The notes under the pieces are model-generated. The model ran no database searches. It saw nothing but the letters and a program-made list of their open reading frames with translations, and was not told where the DNA came from. Of a stretch of DNA of 64,000 nt, positions 11,962 through 26,900 are shown one piece after another. Origin of the DNA: Tubulanus polymorphus (taxonomy: Eukaryota; Animalia; Nemertea); the NCBI RefSeq assembly GCF_964204645.1, contig NC_134027.1, positions 10,014,485 to 10,078,484 on the forward strand. Direction: 5' to 3'. The first letter of the stretch is position 1. Each line of letters opens with the position of its first letter. Both the position numbers and the translations under genes were made by a program.

Positions 11962-14900
11962 ATGAAGATTGACCAGTCTAAGCTAAAGAAAAGCACTTCT
12001 GAAGTGGTAGGTATTTTGAATACCTTATTACGGAAATGTATATTTTGATTTTTCGGTTCGACTTTGAACCTGAATTGTCTAAACTCTTTATTGTAGCCGG
12101 TTGATTGTAAAACTCTGATTGATAAGCTGAAATCGTGTTCAAATGATGATGACTTGCTCACTGAACTGAAAGAAGTAAAATCATGGACATTCGGAAAGGT
12201 AACTACGAGCAAAATTTAAAAATACACCTTCAGAACTAATGAGTAACCAGTAAACTCTCTCTCTCTCTCTCTCTCTTTGTACATCTCATGAAATGTTTGA
12301 TATGAACTTCAGTGTGAATTATTTCACTGGTCCGATGTCTTGGACATGTTCGACGATGTTCTGGAGAAATCGTGCAAAAAAGATGATGACAAACAGTGGC
12401 TGTTGCCCGTCGATCTGGACAACAACGCTAAAGTATGTAATAATTTGTAATAATGATATAAGATATCAGGGGCCAGTTGCTTGAAAGTTGGTTAAAGATA
12501 ACTGGCGGATAAATACCATATAGTAACAATGAACTTTTAATTGTCACTATGTCAACTATCTACTAATTAACTCGACCAAGTTTTGAGCTACTGGACCCTG
12601 ATTTATTTTTTTTTGTCAGAGATACGATTCCATCAGAGTCGATAAAATTCGAAGTCAATATAGAATATGTCTAGGGTTAATTCAGCTTAATGTTCAAGCT
12701 AGGCAAAAGTTGCCTTGTAAGAGAAAGCTTCAAAAATACTTCTAAAAAGGATATTTTCTAATTACAAAGTCTTTAATTTTGTGGTTTGGATTTAGCCAAA
12801 TAAGCCCATATATACCCTTTATTTATATTATGTACCCTAATCTGTCAAATGCATCCGACTCGTTGATCCCAACTGAAGAATTTTAGAAAAATGTCTAAAG
12901 CTTAATGCAGATGATTAATAGATTGTGGACATTTTGATCGCAGATGAAGGAGTTACTGATGCAGGTGCTGCAGTTCACAGCGCTGTTGATCGAACACAGC
13001 TTCAGTCGGCATTTGTACAACTCGATGGAACATTTAACGACGCTGATGTCATCCGGTGATATGACAATTGTTCTTGCTGTATTGAACCTTCTCTACGTTT
13101 TTAGGTAATTCATCGATTGCGGTTGATCGTTTTGATCGCGAAGTTTCGGGTTCGACGCGAATGTTATTTAATGTCTTGAAATTTTTGATTCAATGAATAA
13201 GATAAGATTTAAAATTTCCAGCAAACGGTCAAATTTCATCACACGATTGAACGCTGAGAAGAAACAAGCTCTTATTGTTCGTCTTACACTGCTAGCTGAG
13301 GTAATTTTTTGAGTTGAGGCGTGTCGCAAATTTTATCTCGTTCTTCATCTCTCCAAGTGTCTGGCTCACAATGTTGATTATAATTTCAGAGCTGGGGCGG
13401 TCGAGAAAATGGATTCGGGCTGGCTCAGTGCTGTACGGACGTCACTATGGATGTAAGTAGATAACAGGGTGACCACTTACCTGGAAATCAGGGAAAAAGT
13501 CGGGGAATTTTCTTTTCTTAAAAAAAGTGAGGGAATTTAGTAAAATAGCTAAAAATCAGGGATAAGTCATGGAAAGTTGTTAAGATTTTAGATATTATTT
13601 TCTTATTTTGAAGTGTTTCATTCTAACTATAAGAGCACTGTATCTTGATCTCCTGTCAAACCAGTGTTTGTCTGGAATAAAAATAGTGCAAAAATAACTT
13701 CTGGGTTTATGCTTTATTTTTTCGAGGATTTTATGCCTGATTATTGAAGTATAATCTACCGACATTGATTACTAAAATTTCGCTTATAGACGGGTTATTT
13801 TAAAGATTTTGATAAAACAGGCACTGTATCTTGATCTCCTGTCAAACTGGTGTTTGTCTGGAATAAAAATAGTGCAAAATTAACTTCTGGGTCTATGCTT
13901 TATTTGAATCAGAAACGTTAATTCGGGTATCTGTTTGAAGCATATTCAACATAATTTTGTAGCAGTTTAATACTAATCGGCAGTTTTAGCTGTTTTGAAA
14001 ACGATTTGAATGGCAATAATGTTGATGTACGTGTATATATTTTTCAGAATTTTCCATCTAGTGCAACTACTCTACATTTTGAATTCTACGCGGAAAGCAC
14101 AGAAGAAAAGTCGGGCAAAAAGGTAAATTTTTATTTAGTAAAATGCATCAGACCCCCTCCCTTCTTGATTCCAATTGAAGGACGCGAAGTTGAATGCTTC
14201 AGTGTTTATCAAAATCTACTAACTATAAATGAAATAATGGTGCATTGGGGATGATAATGATTTAAAAGCACTTTTACCTTATAACAATCTCAAAGCTCTT
14301 AAAGATATTTTCCCAAAGTGACAAATTAATCATAAAACTCTTAAAACCAGAAAAAATCTTAAGAGCAAATTTATAGATGAAAAGACGAATTGTGAAGGAG
14401 CTATACTGATTCAAAGCTGCCAACTGTTCCTGATTTTCAGTATTCTGTTACCATTTTGTCATGAGAAATATCGATTTGATTTGTTTATTGCGTACAAAAA
14501 TATGAAAGATGCTACTGAGGGTCTTGCAGGTTATTACTGATTGATTTGGAACCACACCTTTGAAATGCTGCTGAAAAAATTTACACCATTAATTGCACCT
14601 TTCAGAGGTTGGCAGCCCTGATGATTAGTGGATCTCCGAAATCACCGTGTTCATAAGTGCATGTTAACGATATCGTTTGAAACACTTTTTTTCTATTGTT
14701 CAATATTACAGAATGCAGCTAACATATTAAGTTGTATACATATTGATAATCTCGACCGCATCGACAAGCAGCCGGCTGTGATTATGGAAGAGCTCATCAA
14801 AACGTACAACGTGCCGCCGTCGAAACAAATGTCATTATTTACTCATATCCGTTTGGCCCACTCATTCTCGAAGTACAATAAGCGCATCCAATGCGTACAG

Positions 14901-17900
14901 GCCAGACTTCAAGCGATCTCAATTTTAGGTGAGTCGAGAGATGTGAACTAAAATCGACTCATTAAATGTCAGTTCTTAATAGTTGATAAGTTAACCCACA
15001 ATTCATGATGTTTAGGTAGGTTTATTTGTATAATATTTCGAGATACAAAAATGTAAAAGTATCAAAACTTAGAGGCAGATCCGCCAGACTCATTGCTCCT
15101 GACGCAATTCTCCTGTGCCTTTTATGGTGGCACTTTTTCCACACACGTCTGATGGACAAGCAGTCCACGGCACAAGATTCAGCTTATCTTCTCTTTAATG
15201 TCATTCAAGTGACTAGAAATTGTGTGAAAATGCACTAGAATTTCAAAATTTTTCGGACCCCTGTTTTGGCTTGGCACGCGCTCTATGTGGAAACATGCCA
15301 TTTTAACTGTATGCCCTTTCCATTTATTAGCGTCCCTGTCAATGTCTACCCCTGGATCCGCCCCTGAAAGTGAACTAGAACGTTTAAAGTCACAATCGTT
15401 TCATAATATTCATGGTATATTCAGGATGGTCGTATTTATTGTTCATCAATCATATTCGAACTCGGTCTTCTTTATTTTCTTCCAACGCAGTATACTCAAG
15501 TGCTATACAGGATAATATGAACAGCTTACTCTACAACGGACTCATCGAGGAGCTCGTCGATATTCTCGAGTTACGCAGTTCGCAGTTAGTCGACATCAAG
15601 GCCGCCTCGCTGCGCACGTTAACGTCGATCATTCACGTCGAACGCAATCCTAAACTGAACGCGATCATCGACGCGACCGGCGCTGCCTCCTATCACGGAT
15701 TCTTGCCAGTACTCGTGCGGTCTTGTATACAATCGATGTCAGGTTTGTGAAGAATTAGTTTCGTTGCTGTGTGTCACCCTGATTTAAGTCATACAATTTA
15801 TAATCATAGACATCTACAATTTCATATCAAAATGTTCATAATATTTTATATCTCTCACTACATGAAATACTAAATAACAACAGAAATTTTGTGTCCGTTC
15901 ACACCACATGTGAAATCCATATTGCAAAGATAAAGATAACACATTTCAATCATTTGTTATCAATGTTCATTTCACTGGTCCCAAACTCGAAGACAATGTA
16001 CTCTTAGTTCATTAAGTAGTAAACTGAATATTCACCGCTTTTTCTGGAAAGTTAATAATGATAATAATGTATTAGAGCGATTAACCTGTTTTCATCATGT
16101 CATATTTCAGATACCTCTGCGGATCCTTTCCCTCAGCCTTATGCTACTGCTTTGTTTTCATTCCTTTATCACCTGGCCAGTTACGAAGCGGGTGAGTATC
16201 GTTCCTCTTATCGTAGAATTAAGATTGAAGTGAAAGGAACTATTCACATGAGTAATCAGTTTCCATAGTACCTACGACAATCGTATTGTACGTGTTAAAT
16301 GATTTTTAATTTGCGGCCTAATTTTTCAGGTGGAGAAGCCTTAGAAGCGTGTGGAATGATGGAGGCGTTGCTGAAAGTTATTAACTGGTACGATGAAGGA
16401 CAAGAGCATATAACAGTAAGTATTACCAAAATGCCTAATGCAATATGTATTTGAATGGTCGCCAAATTTCTGCAGAAAATATCTACGGACACTGGCACTC
16501 TCGTTTCCCCGCTTATGAAATAATTATAGTTTGTTAGTTTAATTGGAGTGTTTATGGTCTTATCCCTTTGAAAATTAACTCGTTTAATCGCCCTGTTATT
16601 CGAATATGTATTTCAGTTTGTCACCAGAGCAGTGCGTGTGATAGATTTGATCACGAATCTTGATATGAGTGCATTCCAAACTCATGGTGGTCTAACTGCT
16701 TTTATCAATCGACTTGAGGTACGTTTCTGCTCAAAGAGTGATTAATTGCTATGAAGAAAATAATCTTGTTTTCCAGCAGGGTCCCTATATCTTGATTCCT
16801 TAAAAACTCTTTCAAAGCGGAAAATTTTTTTAAAGGTGCTTGAAATTCTTTCATTTGAGCAAAATGCCGGAAACTCCCTTAAAACTCCTGCAATGTTGAG
16901 AAATTGGCAATTAGAAATTTTTGTCTAGTTAGTAGTTGTACAGTAGACTACTTCATAAATTCGTGGAATCTGGATTTTTTTTGTTTACTGAATGTGGCAG
17001 TTACCATTTAAGAAATCTAGTTTAGGTAATGTATAGGATGAAAAATTACAAATTTATAAATTCACTTCTTCAAAGTTTGAAATTTTCTCCTTAAAAACTC
17101 CTTATATCAAGGAATGACTTGATTTGTAGGGACCCTGTTTACATTATTTCGGTGGTAGATGATCTGATGCTGGAGATAATGGAGGGTCAACTCTGTTTCT
17201 GATTTAACCCAGTGATGAAATTTTAAGACATGCTTTGACTCGAGACAATCTAGAATTTCGTTTTGTTTTCTATCTGTTCAGCACGAGGTCGATATTTGCC
17301 GGAAAGTTCAACCTTTTGTGATAAAACCTCAGCAAGGAGAACATTCGAGCGGCATCGACTCGAATCCGACATCGCCGGCTGCCGCGAGTACTCATTCGCC
17401 GATGGAAACTGAGCCGTCGTCCGCAGGTGGTGCCGCTACTTCTACCGGCAGTACGACGATCGTGGATTCACCGCGTAGCATGACAATTGAAGAAGCGTCC
17501 GCATCGACGTCTTCAGAACCTGATTATAGTGCTGCTAAATCAGGTAAGTGTATTGTATTTTGTAATCAGTCCTTCAGATCTTACAGTATTCTAGAGTAGC
17601 TTCAGATAGTATCATCAAATATTCTCAAAATCAACTAAGTTCTGCTAGTTCAATCGTGCCACAAATTTTTTGCGTTAAATTGATCCTATATCCTATTGTT
17701 CTGTTTGAAAAATCACTTAAAAATGCTTCAATATTTTTCGGTTGAACTGAGTGATTTCAAAGATGATTGTCTTACTTGATATTTTTCGATGTTATTCAGG
17801 ATTTCAGTGTTTTCCGCAAAGGGCTGCGTTATTGAAATCAATGTTGAATTTTCTAAAGAAAGCTATTCCTGACCCAGCATTCTCGGAAAGCATCCGTCAT

Positions 17901-20900
17901 TGTGAGTACTACGACCACCCTTTAATTGAAGTTTATTTATCAATATCATTGTCTGTTCGAACATTCATTTATGTGATGGTATTAATTTCTGTATAAAGTA
18001 ATGGATCATAGCCTGCCGCGATCATTGAAACACATTATCAGCAATGCTGAATACTATGGGCCGTCGCTGTTTCTGTTAGGTAAGCGAACTTACAAATTCA
18101 ACAATTCAATCGTTGAAATCATTGATGAGGTTTGAAGGTTCTAGGGCCAATTTTCATTTCCTATCAAGGCCGTTAACCTAGAACTAAACTTTACATGACA
18201 TAGACGTTGAAATCGTATCAGACGATTTATGATCCTCGATGAATGGAAATCTTCAATATTTTTTTTCTGGCTTTATCTCGCTAGCAACTGATGTTGTGAC
18301 TGTTTACGTGTTCCAAGAACCATCGCTGTTGTCGTCGCTGCAAGATAACGGACTTACGGATGTTGTCTTACAATCACTGCTTATCAAAGATGTAAGTACA
18401 ATTCACTGTTGTTCCTTTGATCTATTACCGTATGTTTGTAAAAATCTTTTATTATATACTTCCTGCAAAGTTAAAAGAAATTGTTTCGAGCTTAAAAAGA
18501 TTCAGAATTTAAGGGTGCATGTATTTGGATATGATCAGGCTTAAGTTGTTAGTAAGGCTATATACCCTCTGCCATTACTTGACAAATATTCAAAATTTTC
18601 CCTAAGTCAAAGACTGCTCGATTTTGTTTTGTTTAGGTTCCTGCAACGCGAGAGGTTTTGGCGTCGTTGCCGAATGTTTTCAGCGCTTTGTGTTTGAACG
18701 CGCGTGGCTTACAGGCGTTCGTCGCGTGCAAGCCGTTCGAACGTCTGTTCAAAGTACTGTTGTCGCCGGATTACCTGCCGGCGATGAGGCGTCGGCGCAG
18801 TTCGAATCCGCTCGGCGATACGGCCAGTAACCTCGGCAATGCGATGGATGAACTAATGCGTCATCAACCATCCCTACGTATGGATGCAACCAAAGCTATT
18901 ATAAAGGTACATTTCTACTTGGTATATGAGTGCAAGGTTTTTAGCCCAGGGCAAGGCTCCAGATGGCGGGAAAAAAACTAATTCTATATGAAGAAGAAAC
19001 CGCCCTGAATGAAAATGGTGGCAGATTAAGTCTGGTCTCGAAATATGGTAGAAACAATCATTGAATTGGAAAGATGATTTTTGAAAATTTAATTTCAGTT
19101 GCTGGAAGAAGTTGTCGCGATGGGCCGCGATCCCCGTTACATTTGTCAGAAGCCGCAGCCGAAAAGCGACGTGCAATCGAACAGCACGCCGCGATCTCCG
19201 GCGCCGAATGATGCCACATCCTCGGACGAAGAGGAAGACGACGATGACATGCCGGCGACGCCTCAAAATCAGATGACGACGTCGGTATCCGAGAAACCGG
19301 CGTCAGAGCCTGGCACCAGCGATGGTCAGTCGCACGAGAAGACTCCGATTCCCCTCATGGACTATGTGCTAAATGTGGTATGTATGGATAATCACACGAT
19401 GAATGGCTTAAACTTTCTCATCCTTAGCAAATGGATCAGTGCATTTCATACAGAAAATTACAATATTGTATTTAAAGTCATAGTCAAATTGTCAATTGTG
19501 GATATATATTTATTGGCACTAGGCCTCTTTCATGTTAGTAGTTGGATAAAAGACTCGAATCCGTGTACACTACTGTAGATAATCAATATAACGATATTCA
19601 GTAATGATAATCAGTGATAATAGATATGGGCCTTCTGCGATTGGCTTCTTTCATCACTGATTCAGAAGGACTTTTTTGCATAAATCAAATCATTTAAAAG
19701 AATTTAAAAAAAATCACTGCGCCGCTGCAATAGAATATCAAATTTTTCCACTCTAATTACCTTTACTCAAATAAAGATCTCAAGTAAGGAGTCTATCGTA
19801 CTAATGCAAGCGGTTGAATGAGACAAATATTAGTCTAATGTTCACAAATATATTTGTTTTATTTCGCAATTATTTCTCAACAGATGAAGTTTGTCGAAGC
19901 GATTTTGAGTAACAACACGACCGATGATCATTGCCGCGAGTTCGTCACGCAGAAAGGACTCGTGCCTCTTATGTCGATACTCAGTTTACCGAATTTGCCG
20001 ATTGATTTTCCGGCATCTGCCTCTTGTCAAGCTGTTGCTACTGTCTGCAAGGCCGTGTTTGTAAGTTATCGGTTATACTTATCAACTTGACTTGGGTGTT
20101 ATCTTAAGCAAAAACCCTGGTCGATCATTTAGAGTTACAATTTGCCCAAGAGGGCCGTTACTATTTTCGATCACGCATACCAGTATTGAAATTTCCCTGA
20201 TTGTGTTGAAGTCTGTCTGCTGTAAACACTGATGTAGGGATAACCACTTGCTAATGTGTATTTCAACTTGAATTTAGAGCACATCAAGTGGCCTAGCTCG
20301 GTCAGTTTTGATGGTACGCACCTGATAAAAGTCTTAATAGGACCAGAAAGGACTGGCAGTTGATCAAAGCATGGTTTTTTTATCCATTTTTCACTATTGA
20401 AGGATGGCAAAAAAGTATTCATTGAAGGGGTCGTCAAGTCAAGTTGAAATAGACATTAGATTTAAAACTTTTTGATGTGTGTAATTTGCTTGATTTTGTC
20501 GTTACTTAGAAATCTATCTATCACCTTGTGGTTTGCCACGATTTAGGGTAAAATTAGTAAATAGTGCATTTGTCATAACCGTTTACGTGTTATTTTGCAG
20601 ACGTTGTCCGTTGAACCGCAGGTACTGAAACAGGGCCTGTTGCAGTTGAACGAAGTGCTACAGTCGTTGAAACCACTTCACAAACCGCTCGATCCACCCG
20701 GCGGCTCGGTGTTGCTGCGAGAACTCGCCACGTCGCCGAACATCCAAGAGGCGACGACCCTGTCGTCGGCGACTCCTTTGTTGCATTCGTTGACAGCGGC
20801 CCATGCTTATATAATGATGTTCGTGCATGTGTGTCGCGTGGGACAGGTAAGAAATCATGTATGTATCTCGCTACTATATACATATATATTCATTCATCTT

Positions 20901-23900
20901 ACATAGTCGCTTGCTTAGTGGAACTTCGCCCTATTATTTGATACTTTGACTGCCAGCATTCGTACCTGAACGTTGTGTTGAGGTTTTTCTAACGATGTTA
21001 GCTAGTCGCTGATCAAATGTGTCGAATAGCAACTACTTCTACTGAGTAAAGAGATGACTTAAGTCCGCTTGGGGCGAAGTTCCATCGGTTTATTGCATTC
21101 ACTTTTCGTCTGACCATCGGTTGGTCAATAGACAGGATTTAGTTCTCTTGGATAAATTCCATTACACTTTCATCTACAGCCTTGATGTTTGTGTTAAATG
21201 TAGACACATCTACAGCCTGGCAATTTGGCCCGATTGTCATTATTGCTCAGCTAAATCAGCACTTTTGCAATTTTGCAGTTTTTATGGGAAATCTTGGAAG
21301 ACCCTTTGATTGATTGTCTTGAGGTTTAACCCTTTCAGTGCTGACTAATTAATACCCTGTAGTGCTGGAGGTAATTTGAAAATTTTATAAGATTCCACCC
21401 TAGTGTGTTGAACAACGGGAATACCACTATAGTGCGTCTACACTGCGGGCGCAGTGTATCGTTAGTTACTAGTATTACACTATGTTTGACAGGTGCTGCC
21501 ATTTTTCAGGAGAGATAATTACTAATTACATCAATACACCGCGGTGCGGTGTACTAGCAAAATCTATCACTGATTTATACACCGCACAACGGTGTAGACG
21601 CACTGGAAGGGTTAATATGTATATGTTCACCAGGGGCATTGTATATTGAAATAGCCTTATTGTCAGGCCTTTCAGGCCACTTCCCATGTAGGCATGTTGT
21701 CACTCGACCCCTGATTATTGCTTCTGTCCAGTTAGTTTTTAACAACCTTACACTCGGTATTCGGTTTTTCACCAGACGCAGAGGGGTTTGAATTGGGCAC
21801 CCCGCAACACTACGGCACATTATCATCATAGAGATCACCAAACATAAACTAGTTGATCGCGAACCCTAAATGCTAGGAAAATGAATCTTAGCACCTAATG
21901 CGCTCACATTGTGGGGACCGCCACGCTACGCTACGATGTTAACTCTGCTTGAACACTACTATTAAGTGCAGTAGTTTCTTGAAGTCATTTGGGATCTACT
22001 GTAATCACAATTAATCTCATTAAAGCAGAGTCCATGATATAACAGTTATATGCTAAATCTAAAGCGATGCCAAAGATTACATAGAAACTCTCCAAAATAT
22101 TACTAATGATTGGATTATAAACTCGATAGCGTTCAGTAAGCATCAAGTGCGTGGCTTTGTTGTTGGACTTTGGCTGTGGTGTTGGCTAAAAACTATGCAA
22201 AATATTTCAACTTTTCAAATAGATGTATGTACGTGTAGTATGCTTTTAGATAAAGTGCTTGCCTGAATACTAATTTACTCTGCTAACTACATCACGCGTT
22301 TCATAAGAGTATGGACCTATCCATCTAATTGCCAGGTGATATGATTAAAATTTACCAGTTGACTAAATTCTAAATGGTCATAATGATAGATTTCATTGGG
22401 GATTTCTGAAACGGTTTATTTTTTTCTAGAAAAAAAGGTTTAGAGCACTGTATCTTGATCTCCTGTCAAACAAAGTGTTTGTCTGGAATAAAAGTAGTGC
22501 GGAATTAACTATTGCATTTGTGCTTTTTTTCAACAATCTAGGCATTTTATGTCTGATTAATGAAGTATATACCAACATTGATTACTATGATTTCAGATAT
22601 TGACAAGTTATTTTGAGGTTTTTTATAGCAAGCACTGTATCTTGATCTCCTGTCAAACCACTGTTTGTCTGGCATAAAAGTAGTGCAAAATTAGCCACTG
22701 GGTTTATACTTTTTTTGTTCAAAATCGCGTATTTTATACCTGATTATTTGAGTATAATCTAGAAACATTGATTACAATTTCCGATGTTTACAAATTATTT
22801 TGAAATTTTTAATAACAGCACTGTATCTTGATCTCCTGTCAAACTAGTGTATGTCTGGAATAAAAACAGTGCAAAATTAACCATTGGGGTTTATGCTTTA
22901 TTTCTTCTAAGTCGAGCATTTTATGCCTGATTTCATTGAAGTATAATCTACAAACCCTAGTCACCTCATATAACTCGAATCAAAAGATCCACTGTAATTT
23001 CATGCTAGGTGAAGCTCGTTTTAATCAGAGTTCCTGCGGTCATTGATAATTGATGATCGTCAGGGAGTTTGGAATTAGTTTTCCCGGTCTTAGAAAGTTC
23101 AACGCTTTTTCTTGCATAAATCGGTGAGAAGAAATGGAATTTTTGGTGTTGGCTTATGATATCTTCATATTTTTTTGGTCATTGTTGAGTATGCTTCATG
23201 CAAAAGTTAAAATTCTTAGAGATCAGGAAAGGCATTGAGTTTCGGAGTTAAGAACATCTATCAGGAACTTTCATAGAAAATTTGGGAGAAAGGTTGTGGG
23301 AAGTCGAGGAATTCTGTAGATTATTTGGTGCAGGAGCCCTGTTAATTTTTCAAATGATATGGACCTAGACTTGCTCAGATAAGAAACAATGAATCAATTT
23401 TGTATTTTGCAGATTGATATTCGCACGATATCAGTAAGTCACTGGGGATCGGAGCTGGGCTTGCAAGTTCTCAAGGGATTAAGTCAGTTGTACACGTCGC
23501 TCGTTTGGGAGAGCACCGTTCTTCTCGCGTTGTGCAGCGAGGATATCCTGCCGAGCGATTGCGAATTCGGACGCGCCGATATGGAAAACTTGTTGCCAAA
23601 AGACATGAAAGACTTGAAGGGATCGCAAATGGAACTCACGCGCAGCGTCGGCGAACTCGGCAGTAACGGAGTCAGCGCCGCGATGGAATCGTTAAGCACG
23701 CAGGAGAATAGCGTACCTAGTCCTATGGAATCGGACGACGTTCCCGTATTAGAAAACGAATTGACGAAGAAAAACAAACTCTCGCCCGTCTTACAAGCTC
23801 AAATCAAACAGATCAAGCCGTTGTTGTCGGCGTCCTCGCGGCTCGGGCGCGCGCTCGCCGAACTGTTCGGACTTCTAGTTAAACTTTGCGTCGGATCGCC

Positions 23901-26900
23901 GGTGCGTCAACGTCGCAGTCAACAAGTTACACCCCCGGTCACGCCTACGCCGTCCGCTCAGGCGGTCGCGACTGCGTTAACGAAACTGTTAGCTAACGGA
24001 TTATCGTGGACTCCCCCGGATACATCTCCTGTGCCAAAATTACAGTAAGTTCGTCTCAAAGATTTTATATGGATTTTATGATGTGGTTTCCAGATGAAAG
24101 GCTTGCACTTTGCAACCGAGCACATTTTGATACGAAGCATACATTAACGCATTATCCATATTCAAATTGCTAGGAAGTCGAATTTGGGAAAAGGGCCTTG
24201 TTTTTAATTTAAGGGGGTGTTTTGGTGAAAATCTATGCCAAAAAGATATCAGTTTCAAAAGGACAATCAGAGAGCTAAGTCTTCTCTGATAAGGCCAATT
24301 GCAGATATCAGCAGTGTTTAGGCAGGGCTCTAAACTTGTTTTTGAAAATATTTGTTTTCTTTGTCACTTTAAGTGGATTTGATACTGTATAAAACGTACG
24401 ATAATCATTATCATTTGAAGGCTAACTGTGTTTATTATGTCTTCCATCAATGCTGAGTAGCCTATAGCCTGGTCATCCCAAGGCAACCTATAGTGGGCTG
24501 AATATTTTAATGTTAATTTTCCAGATTAACATTCTATATTTGTTGTGTTGGATTTACGTCGCCGATGTTGTTCGATGAATTGAAATATCCGTATCATTTG
24601 ATGCTGCAGAAATTCGTCCAGTCTGGTGGTCAGAACGCTTTGTTCGAGTAAGTTATAACCATAACATTTGGATTTTGCATCTTTAGTTAATACGGAAATA
24701 ACTAATATAATCAGAAGACTAGGTAGCGAGACCAAACTGCTGTCTTATGAAGTATTTCCAACAGAAAATCGGGGAATTCTGGGAACTCGGTTGAGCAGTA
24801 ACGATGTTCTTCGTTCCTCCCCGGACATATCAAGATATAAATCATGTATAGTAAATAGTGGTCATCGTTGCATATATAAGATCTCGCTTTTGATTTACAG
24901 AGCTTTCAAGTGGGCATTATCGTGTGCTGGTAAGGTGACATTAAACGAAGGATTAGAATATGCAGAATTACCTGGTATGTAAGCTTTTAGTATATCATTA
25001 TAGTAAAAAAAGTAATCTTCATACGTTGAGAGCGTAACGAAATCTGCACTGATACTGCAAATACTATGTATTATATCAGCTGGCTAGTGAAATACTCTTG
25101 GGAACCACAGAACGCCAAAATCTTCATTGCAAAGCCCTTGCATTTTAGAGTGTAGAGATAGATAATATGTGAGATCGCCTATGCCCTGGGATCTTGGAAA
25201 CTTGCTTAACCTGGCCCGTAGAATTACACTAAATCCTCGTAGCAGAACGAAGTGTTAATAGATATGTGGTTTTAGGAGAAGAAATATGGTCCCGGCCATG
25301 CGGGAGTTGAACTCTGGGCCACAACGTACAATTGATGTAGATTTTACTTAGTTTGTTGTACATTAGACAGTCAGAAAGCTGACAGTAGGAAGATTGATCA
25401 CACAATTATCCTACCGTCTGCCCATAACAATTCAGTTGCTGATCAGCGGAATTCGATCGAATGATTCATCATCTCATTCTCACCATATTTATTTCAGATG
25501 GAACGGGTGAATTTTTGGACGCTTGGCTTTTACTCGTCGAGAAAATGGTCAACACGAAAAATGTATTAGAATCTCGTCATAATATGCCGAAACGCATCGC
25601 CGGTGATTTAACGCCATTCAGTCCAGTACAGTATTTAGTGAAAACGCACAAGGTAGATTTAACCCAACGTGTAACTGAAAATGCTTTATATCGATGTTAG
25701 TGGTGTTTCAAGTTGGGCTTCATATATATCCTTACTTTCAGTCTGCATTCCAATCTATCATGCATTTGTGGGAGAAGAAGCCTTTGAGCGTGTATGGAGG
25801 CCGCATGTCCGAATCAATTCTGGCCATATTGTGTCACATCATTAAAGGCGAAGCCGTCATTCGGGTGAGTAGAAATAGGTCTAAAATTATGGACCATTTT
25901 AATACTGTGTACATGTCAATGATCTTAATTTGTATATTTTTTTGAGCTAGTGGTAATGAATGATATGGAAATTACTTTCAGGAGAAACTAGGTAAAGATA
26001 AAGTCAGCGAAACTGCCACCGGCAATTCAGCAACGGGTACAACGCCAGCGGGTGAATCGACATTGGCTAACAATCTACGAGCGGTGGAACCTGACGAGCC
26101 GGCTATCAATCAAGAACACTTACAACAGGTAGGCGTATGAAGTGATGAGTAATAATAATTGAATTGTGAATTTGAAAAACTAAATAAATTTAATTGTTTC
26201 ACATCTTGGAAATATTGAAAAAGGTTTAGGACTTACTTTGAGACGTGAACATAGAAGCTGTTTCTTGGAGGCTTAGCTGGCGCACAATGAATTATTCTAC
26301 AAAGCCTACAACTTATATGCACATGGTTTATTGAAATATGATTGAAAGATGATTACGATATTGATTGTCAGAACTTTTTTGTAGTTGATTGATATGGGTT
26401 TTACGCGTGAACACTGTACAGAAGCGTTATTGCACACGACCAGTATGGAACAAGCTACGGAATACCTCCTCACGCATCCACCGCCAGTTCCAGTGGCTAT
26501 TCTCGTAAGTTATTCATGATTCTGCTATGATTTTTGCATCCTAGTTTGGGTGAAAGATGTGCCTATACTGTCCGGTGTCTCGTTAATATATTCTCATTAA
26601 AAACGCAGCCCGCTTCTAGATAAATGCCACCATTACGCAGTTAACTCAGAAAGTAAAAGACGAATGCGATTATCATTCTGGAAAGTGCTGATGATCGTAG
26701 TTACTTTTATAGAGTTATGTAGAATTGTTTGCATCCAAAAGCTAATAGATTGCAATGAAATGGGGAACATTTGGAGATAGGTTTAGATACAGTTTTCGGT
26801 TTAGTTGATTGTTTTTGTTTGTTCGTCCTGTGTTGGTGAATCGTTCTGTATCCGTTCGTTATTTTCGTTGTTGTTCGAAACTACCGTATTTGTGGTCAAA

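Noticed and set aside
13643-13651. CTTGATCT in the tandem hairpin is complementary to U2 snRNA AGAUCAAG
   Set aside because: Only 8 nt, and the other side of the putative pocket does not pair with the adjacent U2 sequence.
17212-17240. GTGATGA followed by AGACATGC (8-nt complement to the 18S 5' region)
   Set aside because: The match is too short, there is no canonical box D or stem, and it is a single copy.
18129-18195. Hairpin GTTCTAGG...CCTAGAAC followed by ACA
   Set aside because: Only one hairpin and no H box; more likely a decayed palindromic MITE.
19609-19662. Hairpin AATCAGTGAT...ATCACTGATT in an intron
   Set aside because: Single copy, no H box or ACA at the right spacing, and too poorly paired for a pre-miRNA.
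25287-25325. Minus-strand B-box-like AGTTCAACTCC with a tRNA-like 3' end
   Set aside because: No A box or cloverleaf; at most a SINE remnant, not a tRNA gene.
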